From contig WSBC01000032.1 in NCBI GenBank assembly GCA_009758405.1, positions 87,934 through 151,933 of the forward strand: DNA of 64,000 nt. The letters run 5' to 3'. Shown piece by piece: positions 1 to 9,525 of the stretch. Source of the DNA: Methanobacteriota archaeon (GTDB taxonomy: Archaea; Thermoplasmatota; Thermoplasmata; Thermoplasmatales; ARK-15). The notes beneath the pieces were generated by a model that did no database searches, was not told where the DNA came from, and saw only the letters and a list, made by a program, of their open reading frames with translations. Both the position numbers and the translations under genes were made by a program. The first letter of the stretch is position 1. Every line of letters begins with the position of its first letter.

Positions 1-2752
1 TCTTTCTATTTATTTCCATACCTAGCTTTTGTATAGAATTTTCAATCTCAACAATTTCAGAATTTAATTTATCCCTTTCCTCAAGCTTTTTCTTTATTGA
101 TTCCTCAAAGGAAGAGTTCATCTCCTGGAACTTTTTTAGCCTCATTTCATTTTCCTGAAGCTTTATATTATATTCTTCTAGTTCCGATTCCTTTTGTTCC
201 CTTTCCTTTTTTAGCCTTTCAATGGAATTCTCCAGGGATTGAAGTGTCTTTGAGCCTGAATCAACTTCATGTTCTAGATCTTTAAGAAGCATTTTTAATG
301 TTTCGTACTCTTTGTTTTTGTTTTCAAGATCATTCTTCAAAAATCTAAGCCTGTTTTGCAACTCTTCAGGTGCCTGTTCACTGATCCTTATTGTCGCAGA
401 GTTGTAATCCTTCTCTATGAACTCAAGTCTTTCCATTTCTGCCTTCAATTTATCCTCAAGAGCCTTTATTCTGTTTAAAATAGAGTCCCTTTCATCATAT
501 TTTCTTTTTAAGTTCTCCTTTAGCCTCTGTAATTTTTCTGTATTTTCCTTGATTACCCTTTCATAAACCTGAGGATCCTCTAAGCTCTTTGAGGAGAAAT
601 CCTGGAGCATTTTACTAATATCATCAATCTTTTTCAGTATTTCTTTATATTCTTGGCTCAAGGAATCCTTCTTCTCCATTGATGTCCTGAGTTCAGCACT
701 TATTTTATCCATGTCACCCATCATCATGAACTTTTCATTCCTTTGTACAAGGCCTCCTGTTATAGCACCACTAGCCTCTATTAGCTGGCCATCTACTGTA
801 ACGAGCCTTACACCTCCCATTAACTTCCTGGCGGTACCTAAATCCTGAACTATTACAGTATCTCCAAAAACATACCACAAAGGTCCTTCTAATTCCTTAT
901 TATATTCTATCTTCTCAAGCACAAGACCGACGCATTTTTCATCCTTTGTAGCCAGAAGCGCCTTACCCCTAGGTCTACCAGGTACCATCTTATTTATAGG
1001 TAGAAAAGTAGCTATACCCTTTCTGTTCTGTTTTAGATAGTCTATGCAAACCTCTGCCACATCATCACTCTCAACAACTATTGAATCAAGCCTGTTACCA
1101 CCTGCCACCTCCACCGCCAATGCAAGTTCCTCTGGATATTTAATAAGTTCCCTTACAGTACCCCTTATACCCCTTATTATCCCTTTGTCCCTTGCCTCCA
1201 TAAGGAAATATATTGCCTCCATGTTCTTGTTTGATTCCATTTTTGCCCTAGATTTCTCATAAACCCTGGTTAATGAAAGTATTTTTGTTTCAAGCCTCTG
1301 TATTTCCTCCCTCAACTGCACCTCCCTGTTTTTTAATGAATAATAAAGATCCTGTAGATCCTTAGATTTTTTCCTCTGCTCAGAATCATTCTTCTTTATC
1401 TCTGAAATCCTCCATTCAGCATCCTTTATGTTTAGTTCTATACTTTTTATTTCTTCCTCAAGCGAGGCAATGTCCTCATCCACCTTTCTTGAAGAATCAT
1501 TTTTAGCATCAAGTTCTGTCTTTAGGGATGCAATTATCTCCTTTTCCTTTGTGAGATCCTTCTGTCTTTCAATTATATAATTTTGGAGTTCCCTCATCTC
1601 CTTTGATGAATTTGATATGCTTTCCTCAAGCTTCCTTAATTCATTCTTCCTGGTATTTATTTCATTCTCAAGGTTGTTCAATCTTTTTGAATCATCATTC
1701 TTTTTCTTTATTTTTTCATCAATCTCCCTTGATAATGATTTTCTTTGTGTTTCAAGCGATTTTAATTCCTGACCTATTTCATCTAGTCTTGCTTGCAGAT
1801 CCTCAATCTTCATTTTTTGTCTTCCTATCTCAAGTCTCAGATCGTCCATGCTTGCCTTTAGCTTTATTTGTTCCTCGTTACCCATTTTTGTTATTTCTGT
1901 ATTTATTATTTGAAGGTTTTTTTCCATCTCCTCTCTTTTTCTTTCCATTTCATTTATGTTTGTTTTAATTTCCTCTATCTGTTTCATTATATTTTCTATC
2001 TCTTTACCATCTCCCTCAATCTCATTTTTTAATTCCTTAATCCTTCTGAATTCAAGTTTTGCCTTTGCTTCCTGTAGTTCCTTCTTAAGCTCAATATATC
2101 TGAGGGCCACCTTACGGTCATTTTCAAGGTTTTTTAGCCTCTCTTCAATTTCTTTAATTAAAACCTCTATTTTCCCTATATTTTCTTCAGTCTCTTCCTT
2201 CTTTTTTTGTGCGTCCAGTATCTGTTCATCATATTTTGTTATTCCAGATATTTCTTCGAGTATCCTCCTTCTTTCAAAAGGGGACATTTCAACAATCCTA
2301 GTGACATCACCCTGCTGAACAATATTATAACCATCCGCAAATATTTTTGCCTTTGAAAGAAGTGCTGTGAAATCCTGGAGTTTTGTCTTTTCCCCATTTA
2401 TATAAAAATAGCTGTTGTATTCCTCATTTTCCCCTCTCCTTACTACCCTTGTAAAGCTTACCTCATTGGAATCAATGGGAATTTCATGATCAGAATTGTC
2501 GAATGTAAGTGTTACCTTGCAATAATCGGCAGGCCTCCTTTCCTTCCCTCCATTGAATATCAAATCAGTCAGTTTTTGAGCGCGTAATACCTTAGAACTT
2601 TTGGGTCCTAAGACAAATAAAATTGCATCAGAAATATTGCTTTTACCTGCACCGTTTGGTCCACTTACTGCTGTGAACCCTTTTTTAAATTCTATCAAAG
2701 TTTTTCTCCCAAAACTTTTGAAATTCTCCATTTCAAGTGATTTAAGGAACAT
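1..2752 (-). CDS. smc: SMC chromosome segregation ATPase (partial; C-terminal part lies beyond the window start)
   Basis: Absent from the ORF track because there is no stop in the window. The minus frame is open from ATG 2752-2750 to position 1. N-terminus reads MFLKSLEMENFKSFGRKTLIEFKKGFTAVSGPNGAGKSNISDAILFVLG (SMC head, Walker A). Long E/K/L-rich coiled-coil coding follows. Hinge-like KLMGGVRLVTVDGQLIEASGAITGG is encoded at about 760-830 in the same frame. Confidence 0.85.
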   Translation of the reverse strand, partial: MFLKSLEMENFKSFGRKTLIEFKKGFTAVSGPNGAGKSNISDAILFVLGPKSSKVLRAQKLTDLIFNGGKERRPADYCKVTLTFDNSDHEIPIDSNEVSFTRVVRRGENEEYNSYFYINGEKTKLQDFTALLSKAKIFADGYNIVQQGDVTRIVEMSPFERRRILEEISGITKYDEQILDAQKKKEETEENIGKIEVLIKEIEERLKNLENDRKVALRYIELKKELQEAKAKLEFRRIKELKNEIEGDGKEIENIMKQIEEIKTNINEMERKREEMEKNLQIINTEITKMGNEEQIKLKASMDDLRLEIGRQKMKIEDLQARLDEIGQELKSLETQRKSLSREIDEKIKKKNDDSKRLNNLENEINTRKNELRKLEESISNSSKEMRELQNYIIERQKDLTKEKEIIASLKTELDAKNDSSRKVDEDIASLEEEIKSIELNIKDAEWRISEIKKNDSEQRKKSKDLQDLYYSLKNREVQLREEIQRLETKILSLTRVYEKSRAKMESNKNMEAIYFLMEARDKGIIRGIRGTVRELIKYPEELALAVEVAGGNRLDSIVVESDDVAEVCIDYLKQNRKGIATFLPINKMVPGRPRGKALLATKDEKCVGLVLEKIEYNKELEGPLWYVFGDTVIVQDLGTARKLMGGVRLVTVDGQLIEASGAITGGLVQRNEKFMMMGDMDKISAELRTSMEKKDSLSQEYKEILKKIDDISKMLQDFSSKSLEDPQVYERVIKENTEKLQRLKENLKRKYDERDSILNRIKALEDKLKAEMERLEFIEKDYNSATIRISEQAPEELQNRLRFLKNDLENKNKEYETLKMLLKDLEHEVDSGSKTLQSLENSIERLKKEREQKESELEEYNIKLQENEMRLKKFQEMNSSFEESIKKKLEERDKLNSEIVEIENSIQKLGMEINRK

Positions 2753-2879
2753 TTTATCACCCTGTCATATTTTTGTCATCTATATGTATGATATAGATAT
2801 GCCATTATATAAACTTTATGCATATTTTTACAAAATTAGCTACCATAAAATTAAATATTATGTAGTTATTGTTTAAAAT

Positions 2880-3176
2880 ATGGTAAATGAGAGCGATGTA
2901 ATTGAAGCGCTCAAAACTGTAATAGATCCTGAGATAGGCCTTGATGTAATAAATCTCGGACTTGTATATGAACTCAAGATTCAAGATGATGTAATATATA
3001 TTAAAATGACAATGACAACACCAGGATGCCCCCTTACCGCCTGGATACTTGCTGATGCCGAAAATAAGCTCAGAAAGATACCTGGTGTGAAGGATGTAAG
3101 AATTGACCTTGTTTGGGATCCACCCTGGAGTGTTGATAGGATAAGCGAGGAGGCAAGGAGGCTTTTAGGACTTTAG
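2880..3176 (+). CDS. DUF59/MIP18-family Fe-S cluster assembly protein (SufT/PaaD-like)
   Basis: 98 aa. DPEIGLDVINLGLVY and TTPGCPL motifs are typical of DUF59 proteins. Confidence 0.7.
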   Translation: MVNESDVIEALKTVIDPEIGLDVINLGLVYELKIQDDVIYIKMTMTTPGCPLTAWILADAENKLRKIPGVKDVRIDLVWDPPWSVDRISEEARRLLGL

Positions 3177-3571
3177 ATATCAAATATTACCCTAATCTTA
3201 CCTGCTGGATCTACTTTTAGCATATGATATGTTACTGCTTTCACATTCAATTTTGATCCATGTCTTTCCCTTGAATATTTTTCACCACATAATTTAGCTG
3301 TAAGCACCTTGCCAGTTATTTTAACATCAGCCTCAGAAAAAACCAGTGATTCTGCATCAAAAAGATAAAGTATCTCAGATAGAAATTTAACAAGGAGTGA
3401 TTCAAGGTCTTCTGATTCAAGCTTTAAAATAATCTTCTTCTTGCATTTTACATTTTCAACATCAACCATAAGAGAGGTAAGACCCTTGGCCGCCTCAGAA
3501 AAGGCAAGATCCAAATTTTCGCTATCTATCTCCAGTCCTATATCTGCAGTGTGTTCAATTATTTTTATCAT
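3173..3571 (-). CDS. Archease (RtcB tRNA-ligase cofactor)
   Basis: 132 aa starting MIKIIEHTADIGLEI. HTAD(I/V)G is the archease N-terminal signature and the size fits. Confidence 0.8.
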   Translation of the reverse strand: MIKIIEHTADIGLEIDSENLDLAFSEAAKGLTSLMVDVENVKCKKKIILKLESEDLESLLVKFLSEILYLFDAESLVFSEADVKITGKVLTAKLCGEKYSRERHGSKLNVKAVTYHMLKVDPAGKIRVIFDI

Positions 3572-3577
3572 CTTTAG

Positions 3578-3652
3578 CGGGCGCAGGGGGATTTGAACCC
3601 CCGACCTACAGCTTAGGAGGCTGCCGCCCTATCCATGCTAGGCCATGCGCCC
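3578..3652 (-). tRNA. tRNA-Arg (anticodon CCU)
   Basis: 75-nt cloverleaf folded by hand. Acceptor GGGCGCA/TGCGCCC, D stem GCCT/GGGC, anticodon stem GCAGC/GCTGT with loop CTCCTAA, T arm GGGGG-TTCAAAT-CCCCC, discriminator G. No encoded CCA. Confidence 0.9.
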
Positions 3653-3787
3653 TTACATCATCATTAGATTTTATTACTAAAATTTTACGATTTAATCTAA
3701 AAGAAATGTTTAAGGATTTTGCCTTTTTTTACATTTCATCATAATTTTTTTGAAAAAAGATTAATAGCCTTAATCAATGATCCATTG

Positions 3788-5788
3788 ATGGAAAGGTACC
3801 ATTTAGGGATTGATATAGGCGGTACTTTTACTGACATAGTAATTTATGACGCATATACAGGAAATATTGATGTATTAAAGGTACCAAGCACTTTAAATCC
3901 TGAAGAGGCAGTTATAGATGCCTTGGCAAATCTAAATATCAATAAAAAGGAGATGGGTATAATAAACCATGCAACAACTGTTGCAACAAATGCATTGCTT
4001 ACCAGAAAAGATCTTCCAAAGGGTGCATTGATAACAAACAGGGGATTCAGGGATGTACTCGAGATTGGTAGACAAAGGAGGCCTGAAATCTATAATCTTG
4101 ATTTTAAAAGACCAATACCACTAATACCAAGAAGGTATAGATTCACGGTAAAGGGGAGGATTCTCCACGATGGAACTATTTATCAGGAAATGGATTATGA
4201 GGAATTAAAGGCTTTAAAAAAGAAAATATTATCTGAGAAGATTGAAACTATAGCGGTTTCTATGATAAATTCTTATGTTAATCCTGTCCATGAGAAAAAT
4301 ATCAAGGATTTCTTCTCAGATTTTCCTGGACCAGTTTTTATATCCTCAGAGGTGGATCCTCAATATAGGGAATATGAGAGGACAAGTACTACAGTAGTTA
4401 ATGCCATACTTTATCCTATAGTTAGTAGATATCTGAAGAGGCTTAGTGAGGGTATATCTTCCCTGGGCATAAAATCGCAGGTATATGTTATGGGATCAAA
4501 TGGGGGTCTAAATACAATAAATTATGCTGTAAAAATGCCAATATCCATAATAGAATCTGGTCCTGGTGCAGGAGTAATGGCATCATTGCATCTATCAAGG
4601 GTAATTGGAAGAGAGAACGTAATTACATTCGACATGGGGGGAACAACTGCAAAGGCAGGAGCAATAGTTAATGGTAAAGTAGAGATAACAAACGAATTTG
4701 AGGCGGCTGGAAAAACACACAGTGGCAGATCTATAAAGGGTAGTGGTTATCCGGTAAGGTATCCATTTATAGATCTTGCAGAGGTGAGTGCAGGTGGAGG
4801 TACAATAGCATGGGTGGACATGGGCGGTGCGCTTCATGTGGGTCCCCAAAGTGCAGGATCTGTACCAGGACCTGCAGCCTATAATAGGGGTGGAAAAGAT
4901 CCAACAGTTACAGATGCAAACATACTCCTTGGAAGGCTAAATCAGGAATATCTTCTCGGAGGGAGTATGAAAATCTTTTCAAACCTCTCAAGGATTGCAA
5001 TGGAAGAAATGGTGGCCAAAAGGCTATCCATAGATTTTATTGAGGCCTCAAAGGGTATTATTAAATTAGTAAACAATATGATGTCAAGGGCAATTTCAAT
5101 AGTTAGTCTAGAAAGGGGTAGGGATCCAAGGGATTTTACAATGTTCTCATTTGGTGGTGCTGGACCGTTACATTCAATTGACCTTGCTGAGGATATTGGT
5201 ATAAGAGAAATAGTTGTTCCCAAGAATCCAGGTCTTTTTTCTGCATTTGGCTTACTCACTGTTGATGTAACGAGGGTCTTTATTTCTCCTTTCATAAAGG
5301 GCGATATAAGTGAGGGATTTAGGAATCTTGAAGAAATGGCTATAAAATCCCTTAAGGAGGAAAATTTTGAGGAGATTAATTTTTTAAGGTTTGTTGATAT
5401 GAGATACAGGGGACAGTCATATGAAATTACAATTGAATATACCACAAACATATTCGAGAGTTTCCAGAAAGAGCATAGTAGACTCTACGGTTATTCCTCA
5501 GACGACCCTATTGAAATAGTAAATTTGAGGCTTGTTGCGGTAGGTAAAGTAGCAAAGGCAAGTATACCAAAAATAAATAAAAGGACTATAGAACCTATTA
5601 TAAATAAAAGGAGAGCGAACTTTAATGATGAATTTTACGATACTCCAGTATTTCTCAGGGAATCCTTGTCACCGGGTATTAATGGTACAGGACCCGCAAT
5701 AGTTGAAGGATATGATTCTACAGTGTTAATAAATCCAAACTGGAAGTGGGTTGTGGATGAATATGAAAACATAATTATTTGGAGGTGA
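3788..5788 (+). CDS. hyuA: Hydantoinase/oxoprolinase family, A subunit
   Basis: GIDIGGTFTD ATPase motif directly after MERYHL. I prefer ATG 3788 to the track start 3719, whose 23 extra residues are F/H-rich and non-conserved looking. Confidence 0.85.
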   Translation: MERYHLGIDIGGTFTDIVIYDAYTGNIDVLKVPSTLNPEEAVIDALANLNINKKEMGIINHATTVATNALLTRKDLPKGALITNRGFRDVLEIGRQRRPEIYNLDFKRPIPLIPRRYRFTVKGRILHDGTIYQEMDYEELKALKKKILSEKIETIAVSMINSYVNPVHEKNIKDFFSDFPGPVFISSEVDPQYREYERTSTTVVNAILYPIVSRYLKRLSEGISSLGIKSQVYVMGSNGGLNTINYAVKMPISIIESGPGAGVMASLHLSRVIGRENVITFDMGGTTAKAGAIVNGKVEITNEFEAAGKTHSGRSIKGSGYPVRYPFIDLAEVSAGGGTIAWVDMGGALHVGPQSAGSVPGPAAYNRGGKDPTVTDANILLGRLNQEYLLGGSMKIFSNLSRIAMEEMVAKRLSIDFIEASKGIIKLVNNMMSRAISIVSLERGRDPRDFTMFSFGGAGPLHSIDLAEDIGIREIVVPKNPGLFSAFGLLTVDVTRVFISPFIKGDISEGFRNLEEMAIKSLKEENFEEINFLRFVDMRYRGQSYEITIEYTTNIFESFQKEHSRLYGYSSDDPIEIVNLRLVAVGKVAKASIPKINKRTIEPIINKRRANFNDEFYDTPVFLRESLSPGINGTGPAIVEGYDSTVLINPNWKWVVDEYENIIIWR

Positions 5789-5792
5789 AAAA

Positions 5793-7412
5793 ATGAATTT
5801 CAACTGGCAGATAATAAGGAATTCACTCTATTATACCAGTGAAGAAATGGGTATTGCACTAAGGAACTCTGCATATTCACCAAACATAAAGGAAAGGATG
5901 GATCACTCCGCAGCGATATTTGACTGGGAGGGTAGATTACTTGCTCAGGCAGAACATATACCTGTACATCTCGGATCACTGCCCATTGGATTGAGTAATA
6001 CTTTAAAATACATGGAAAAAGAAGGTATGGAGTTCAGAGAGGGTGATATGGTAGTTCTCAATAATCCATACATTGCAGGTACGCATCTCAACGATGTTAC
6101 TCTAATAAGACCAATATTCTTCAATGGAAAAATAATAGCATATGTTGCCAACAAGGCTCATCATTCAGATGTGGGAGGAAAGGTTCCGGGAAGCATCTCC
6201 ATGGATGCAAGATCATTATTTGAAGAGGGTATAATAATTGACCCTGTTTTTATAATGCATAATAATGAGTTCTCAGAGGATATTATATCAATATTTTCGA
6301 GGAATTCGAGGAACCCCTATGAAAGAAAAGGAGATATAAGGGCTCAGGCTGCTGCAAATTTTACAGGAGAAAGGAGGTTAATTGAACTACTAAAAAAGTA
6401 CGGTGAAGTTGATTTTATGGAATCTGCTGAGGATTTTTTAAATTATTCAAGAAATTTGTTTGAGAAAAATATTAGTGCCCTGAATGAAGGTTCTTACTAT
6501 GCCAATGAATATTTAGAATTGGATGAAAGGGATATTGAACTGAAGGTAAAAATAGATATTTATGGGAACAGAGTGAAGGTTGACTATACAGGTACGGATG
6601 CTCAGGTAATAGCACCATTGAACGCTGTCCTTGGAGTAACTGTGTCAGGTGTTCACTATGTCTTCAAAACAATCTTGGGGGAATGGATACCAGTTAACCA
6701 TGGTACATTCATAAATATAGATATTAATGTACCCTCAGGGACAGTACTTAATCCAGAATTTCCATACCCTGTAGCTGGTGGAAATGTTGAGACTAGTCAG
6801 AGGAACGCAGATCTACTTTATCTAGCCCTAAGCAATGCTGCTCCAAAAATAATTCCTGCAGCAAGTGGTGGTTCAATGAACAATGTAATGGTAGGTGGTG
6901 TTCATAAAGGAAATACATGGGCATTCTACGAAACAATAGGTGTTGGCACAGGAGGTAAAATGGGCAGGGATGGAACTGATGGTATTCATGCAAATATGAC
7001 AAACACAATGAATACGCCTGTGGAAGAAATAGAAAGGAATTTTCCAATTCTCATATTGAGATATGAGTTCAGGGAGAATAGTTGTGGAATTGGTGAGTTC
7101 AGGGGAGGAACTGGCCTGATTAGATCATATATGGCCCTTGATAACCTCATATTCACTGTACTCTCTGATAGGATAAGGCATAGACCTTACGGGCTTTTCG
7201 GTGGTGAACCGGGGAAGTCCACTGAAATCATTGTTAAAAGGAAAGGTAAAAGAATAAGATGTGGAAGTAAATTTACCTTGGACCTCTCTCCAGGCGACTC
7301 AGTAGAGATAAGGACGGCTGGGGGAGGTGGTTATGGGGATCCTTCTAAAAGAACTGAGGAAAAAATCATTGAGGATATTAAAAATGGTATTATTAAAGGT
7401 AGATTGAAATGA
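5793..7412 (+). CDS. hyuB: Hydantoinase/oxoprolinase family, B subunit
   Basis: 539 aa beginning 4 nt after hyuA. The C-terminal TAGGGGYGDP motif is typical of HyuB/oxoprolinase B. Confidence 0.85.
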   Translation: MNFNWQIIRNSLYYTSEEMGIALRNSAYSPNIKERMDHSAAIFDWEGRLLAQAEHIPVHLGSLPIGLSNTLKYMEKEGMEFREGDMVVLNNPYIAGTHLNDVTLIRPIFFNGKIIAYVANKAHHSDVGGKVPGSISMDARSLFEEGIIIDPVFIMHNNEFSEDIISIFSRNSRNPYERKGDIRAQAAANFTGERRLIELLKKYGEVDFMESAEDFLNYSRNLFEKNISALNEGSYYANEYLELDERDIELKVKIDIYGNRVKVDYTGTDAQVIAPLNAVLGVTVSGVHYVFKTILGEWIPVNHGTFINIDINVPSGTVLNPEFPYPVAGGNVETSQRNADLLYLALSNAAPKIIPAASGGSMNNVMVGGVHKGNTWAFYETIGVGTGGKMGRDGTDGIHANMTNTMNTPVEEIERNFPILILRYEFRENSCGIGEFRGGTGLIRSYMALDNLIFTVLSDRIRHRPYGLFGGEPGKSTEIIVKRKGKRIRCGSKFTLDLSPGDSVEIRTAGGGGYGDPSKRTEEKIIEDIKNGIIKGRLK

Positions 7413-8506
7413 AGGAAAAATACCTCATAGCCCATGTATTTCTTTTTGCCTTTGGTTATAGTATGGTAAGTTTCGAGTTACCTCCATTCCTAACACTCTT
7501 GGGTGCAGATCAATTATATCTAGGGGAAATGGGATTTTTATTAATGTTACCAAATATATTTTTGCCCATATTCTTCGTTAATATGAAAAATCAATCATTG
7601 GTATATAAGTTCATAATTATATCTGTATTAATAACAGATCTGTCAGTATTGGCAATATATTTTATAAAATCCCTTGAAACAATGTTATTACTTATTCTTA
7701 CAATAGGTATAGGGCAGTTTATATGGTGGATTACCACCGAGATCTATTTTTCAAATCTATCAAGGGATTCTAGACTAATAAACATTTACAGCTTTGTATG
7801 GGGCATGGCATACTTTATTTCACCCATTACAGGATCATATCTTATATCTTTTATAGGATATCTTAACAATTTAATACTTTCATTTTTAATAATTCTATTA
7901 GCTCTAATTCTACTATTTTTATTTAAAGAAAAAGCTGAGGGTGGAGAAAATACCATTGAAATTGGAGGTAAAAAGGTTTATTATGAATCATTTTTTCCTA
8001 GTTTTGCTTCCGGCCTTGCATTTTCAATTTTTTACTCAATATTTCCTGGCTTTCTTTTTAAAAATGGATATAGTATAATACTTTTAGGTTATGTAATTAC
8101 GACCTCCTCATTATTAAGACTCATTGGATTCTTTTTAGTAATAAATTTGAGAGATACAAGAACAATGGAGATAATAATGAAAATATCAATGGTTCTTCTT
8201 TTGGTAATAATACTCCCATATTTCACAATTAATTTTTATGCAATGATTTTAATGGCGGCGTTAATTGGCCTTGGCAGTTCTGCAGGTATATCCGTTCCCC
8301 TTATATATATCTCAAGAATGAAGGATTCTAATATAAGCAGGAACATTGCAATTTATGAATTATCCTTTGGTGCAAGTGTTTCCATATTTTCACTTCTTTT
8401 TGGTACAATATCCCAGTATTTGGGTATAAGAATGCCTTATTTAATTAATTCAATTTTAATATTATTTATTTTAATAATATATGTATCTCTTAAAAATAGG
8501 AAATAG
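7409..8506 (+). CDS. Polytopic membrane protein, MFS-like transporter (tentative)
   Basis: 365 aa with about 10-12 hydrophobic segments. ATGA overlap with hyuB suggests a substrate transporter. No canonical MFS signature was recognised. Confidence 0.4.
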   Translation: MKEKYLIAHVFLFAFGYSMVSFELPPFLTLLGADQLYLGEMGFLLMLPNIFLPIFFVNMKNQSLVYKFIIISVLITDLSVLAIYFIKSLETMLLLILTIGIGQFIWWITTEIYFSNLSRDSRLINIYSFVWGMAYFISPITGSYLISFIGYLNNLILSFLIILLALILLFLFKEKAEGGENTIEIGGKKVYYESFFPSFASGLAFSIFYSIFPGFLFKNGYSIILLGYVITTSSLLRLIGFFLVINLRDTRTMEIIMKISMVLLLVIILPYFTINFYAMILMAALIGLGSSAGISVPLIYISRMKDSNISRNIAIYELSFGASVSIFSLLFGTISQYLGIRMPYLINSILILFILIIYVSLKNRK

Positions 8507-8713
8507 AATACCCCTTTTATATTCTTCTCAAATAAAAGATATGTTATTTTTAACTAAGTTTTTATTAATGTCATTAAGATATAATTTTTAATTTTATTAA
8601 GAGTTAAATTGAATCTTGGAAAAATACTATTTCTACCATTTTTTGGATTTTTTCATATTCATAAAGTCCATCAAAAAAGAATATTTAAATAATAGAATCA
8701 TGATACAAACCCC

Positions 8714-8911
8714 ATGAATGAAAATAAGGAATGTGACGTTCAGGGATGCAAAAATCCTGCCTTCAAGAGTGTATCAAGGGAAAAGGCAAAGGAAATTTTT
8801 TCTTTAAAAAGTGAAGGAAGAAGGGTACATCTCTGTAAGGAGCACTATAAAGAATTTAAGAAAAAAACAAAAAAAGAAAGGGAAATTGAAAGGCTGGGCT
8901 GGGTAAGATAA
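8714..8911 (+). CDS. Small basic Cys/His-containing protein (putative Zn-binding), unknown function
   Basis: 65 aa. Has CDVQGC ... HLCKEH plus a K/E-rich tail. TATA-like TTTAAATA lies about 30 nt upstream. Stop overlaps the next start (TAATG). Confidence 0.45.
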   Translation: MNENKECDVQGCKNPAFKSVSREKAKEIFSLKSEGRRVHLCKEHYKEFKKKTKKEREIERLGWVR

Positions 8912-9525
8912 TGGATTTATCATCCTTCCTCCACGTATTCGTTCCAATGTTTGTAATAGTAGATCCCTTTGCCTCGCTTGCACTATTTATTTCACTCACA
9001 TCCAACATGAACAAGGTTCAAATAAAGAGGACCATGGAGGAAAGTGTTTTTTATGGATTTCTAATTTTACTATTTTTTGCTTTTGCAGGCATTTATGTTC
9101 TCGAATTTTTTGGCATTTCTATACAGGCCCTTGAAATAGCAGGAGGTTTATTGATGCTTTTTGTTGGTATAGAGATGGTAAGGGAAGGTGATAAACCAAG
9201 GGTAACAAAGAAGGGAGAGGAGGTGGTTGAAGAGATAGGAGATGTTGGTGTAGTACCTCTTGCAACACCTATGCTTGCTGGACCAGGGGCAATATCCTTA
9301 ATGATAATATTAATGGAAACCTATGACTGGATAACTGTCATAATCTCTTTAATGCTAGTTTTTGGAATAGTTTATCTATTTTTTTATTTTTCATCTAGGA
9401 TATATAAATATCTGGGGAAGAAGGGTTCGAGGGCATTTACCAGGATACTTGGTCTACTTGTTGCAGCCTTTGCAATTCAGTATATCCTCAATGGGTTTGG
9501 AGGATGGATAATTAATGTCATATGA
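8911..9525 (+). CDS. MarC-family (UPF0056) integral membrane protein
   Basis: 204 aa. N-terminal FVIVDPFASLALFISLT and six hydrophobic segments are typical of MarC family. Confidence 0.7.
   Translation: MDLSSFLHVFVPMFVIVDPFASLALFISLTSNMNKVQIKRTMEESVFYGFLILLFFAFAGIYVLEFFGISIQALEIAGGLLMLFVGIEMVREGDKPRVTKKGEEVVEEIGDVGVVPLATPMLAGPGAISLMIILMETYDWITVIISLMLVFGIVYLFFYFSSRIYKYLGKKGSRAFTRILGLLVAAFAIQYILNGFGGWIINVI

Noticed and set aside
97-2876. Plus-strand track ORFs (97-285, 1044-1262, 1603-1968, 1956-2318, 2601-2876) with S/F/L/I-rich low-complexity translations
   Set aside because: They lie antisense to the long open minus-strand SMC frame, whose translation has clear Walker A and hinge motifs. 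They are shadow ORFs of coiled-coil coding sequence.
3655-3664. C-box-like ATGATGA on the minus strand 8 nt upstream of tRNA-Arg
   Set aside because: No CTGA D or D' box lies at a suitable distance. Only the tRNA follows.
3719-3787. 23-codon N-terminal extension of hyuA in the ORF track
   Set aside because: The conserved family N-terminus (GIDIGGTFTD) follows directly after ATG 3788. The extension is F/H-rich and overlaps the divergent promoter region.
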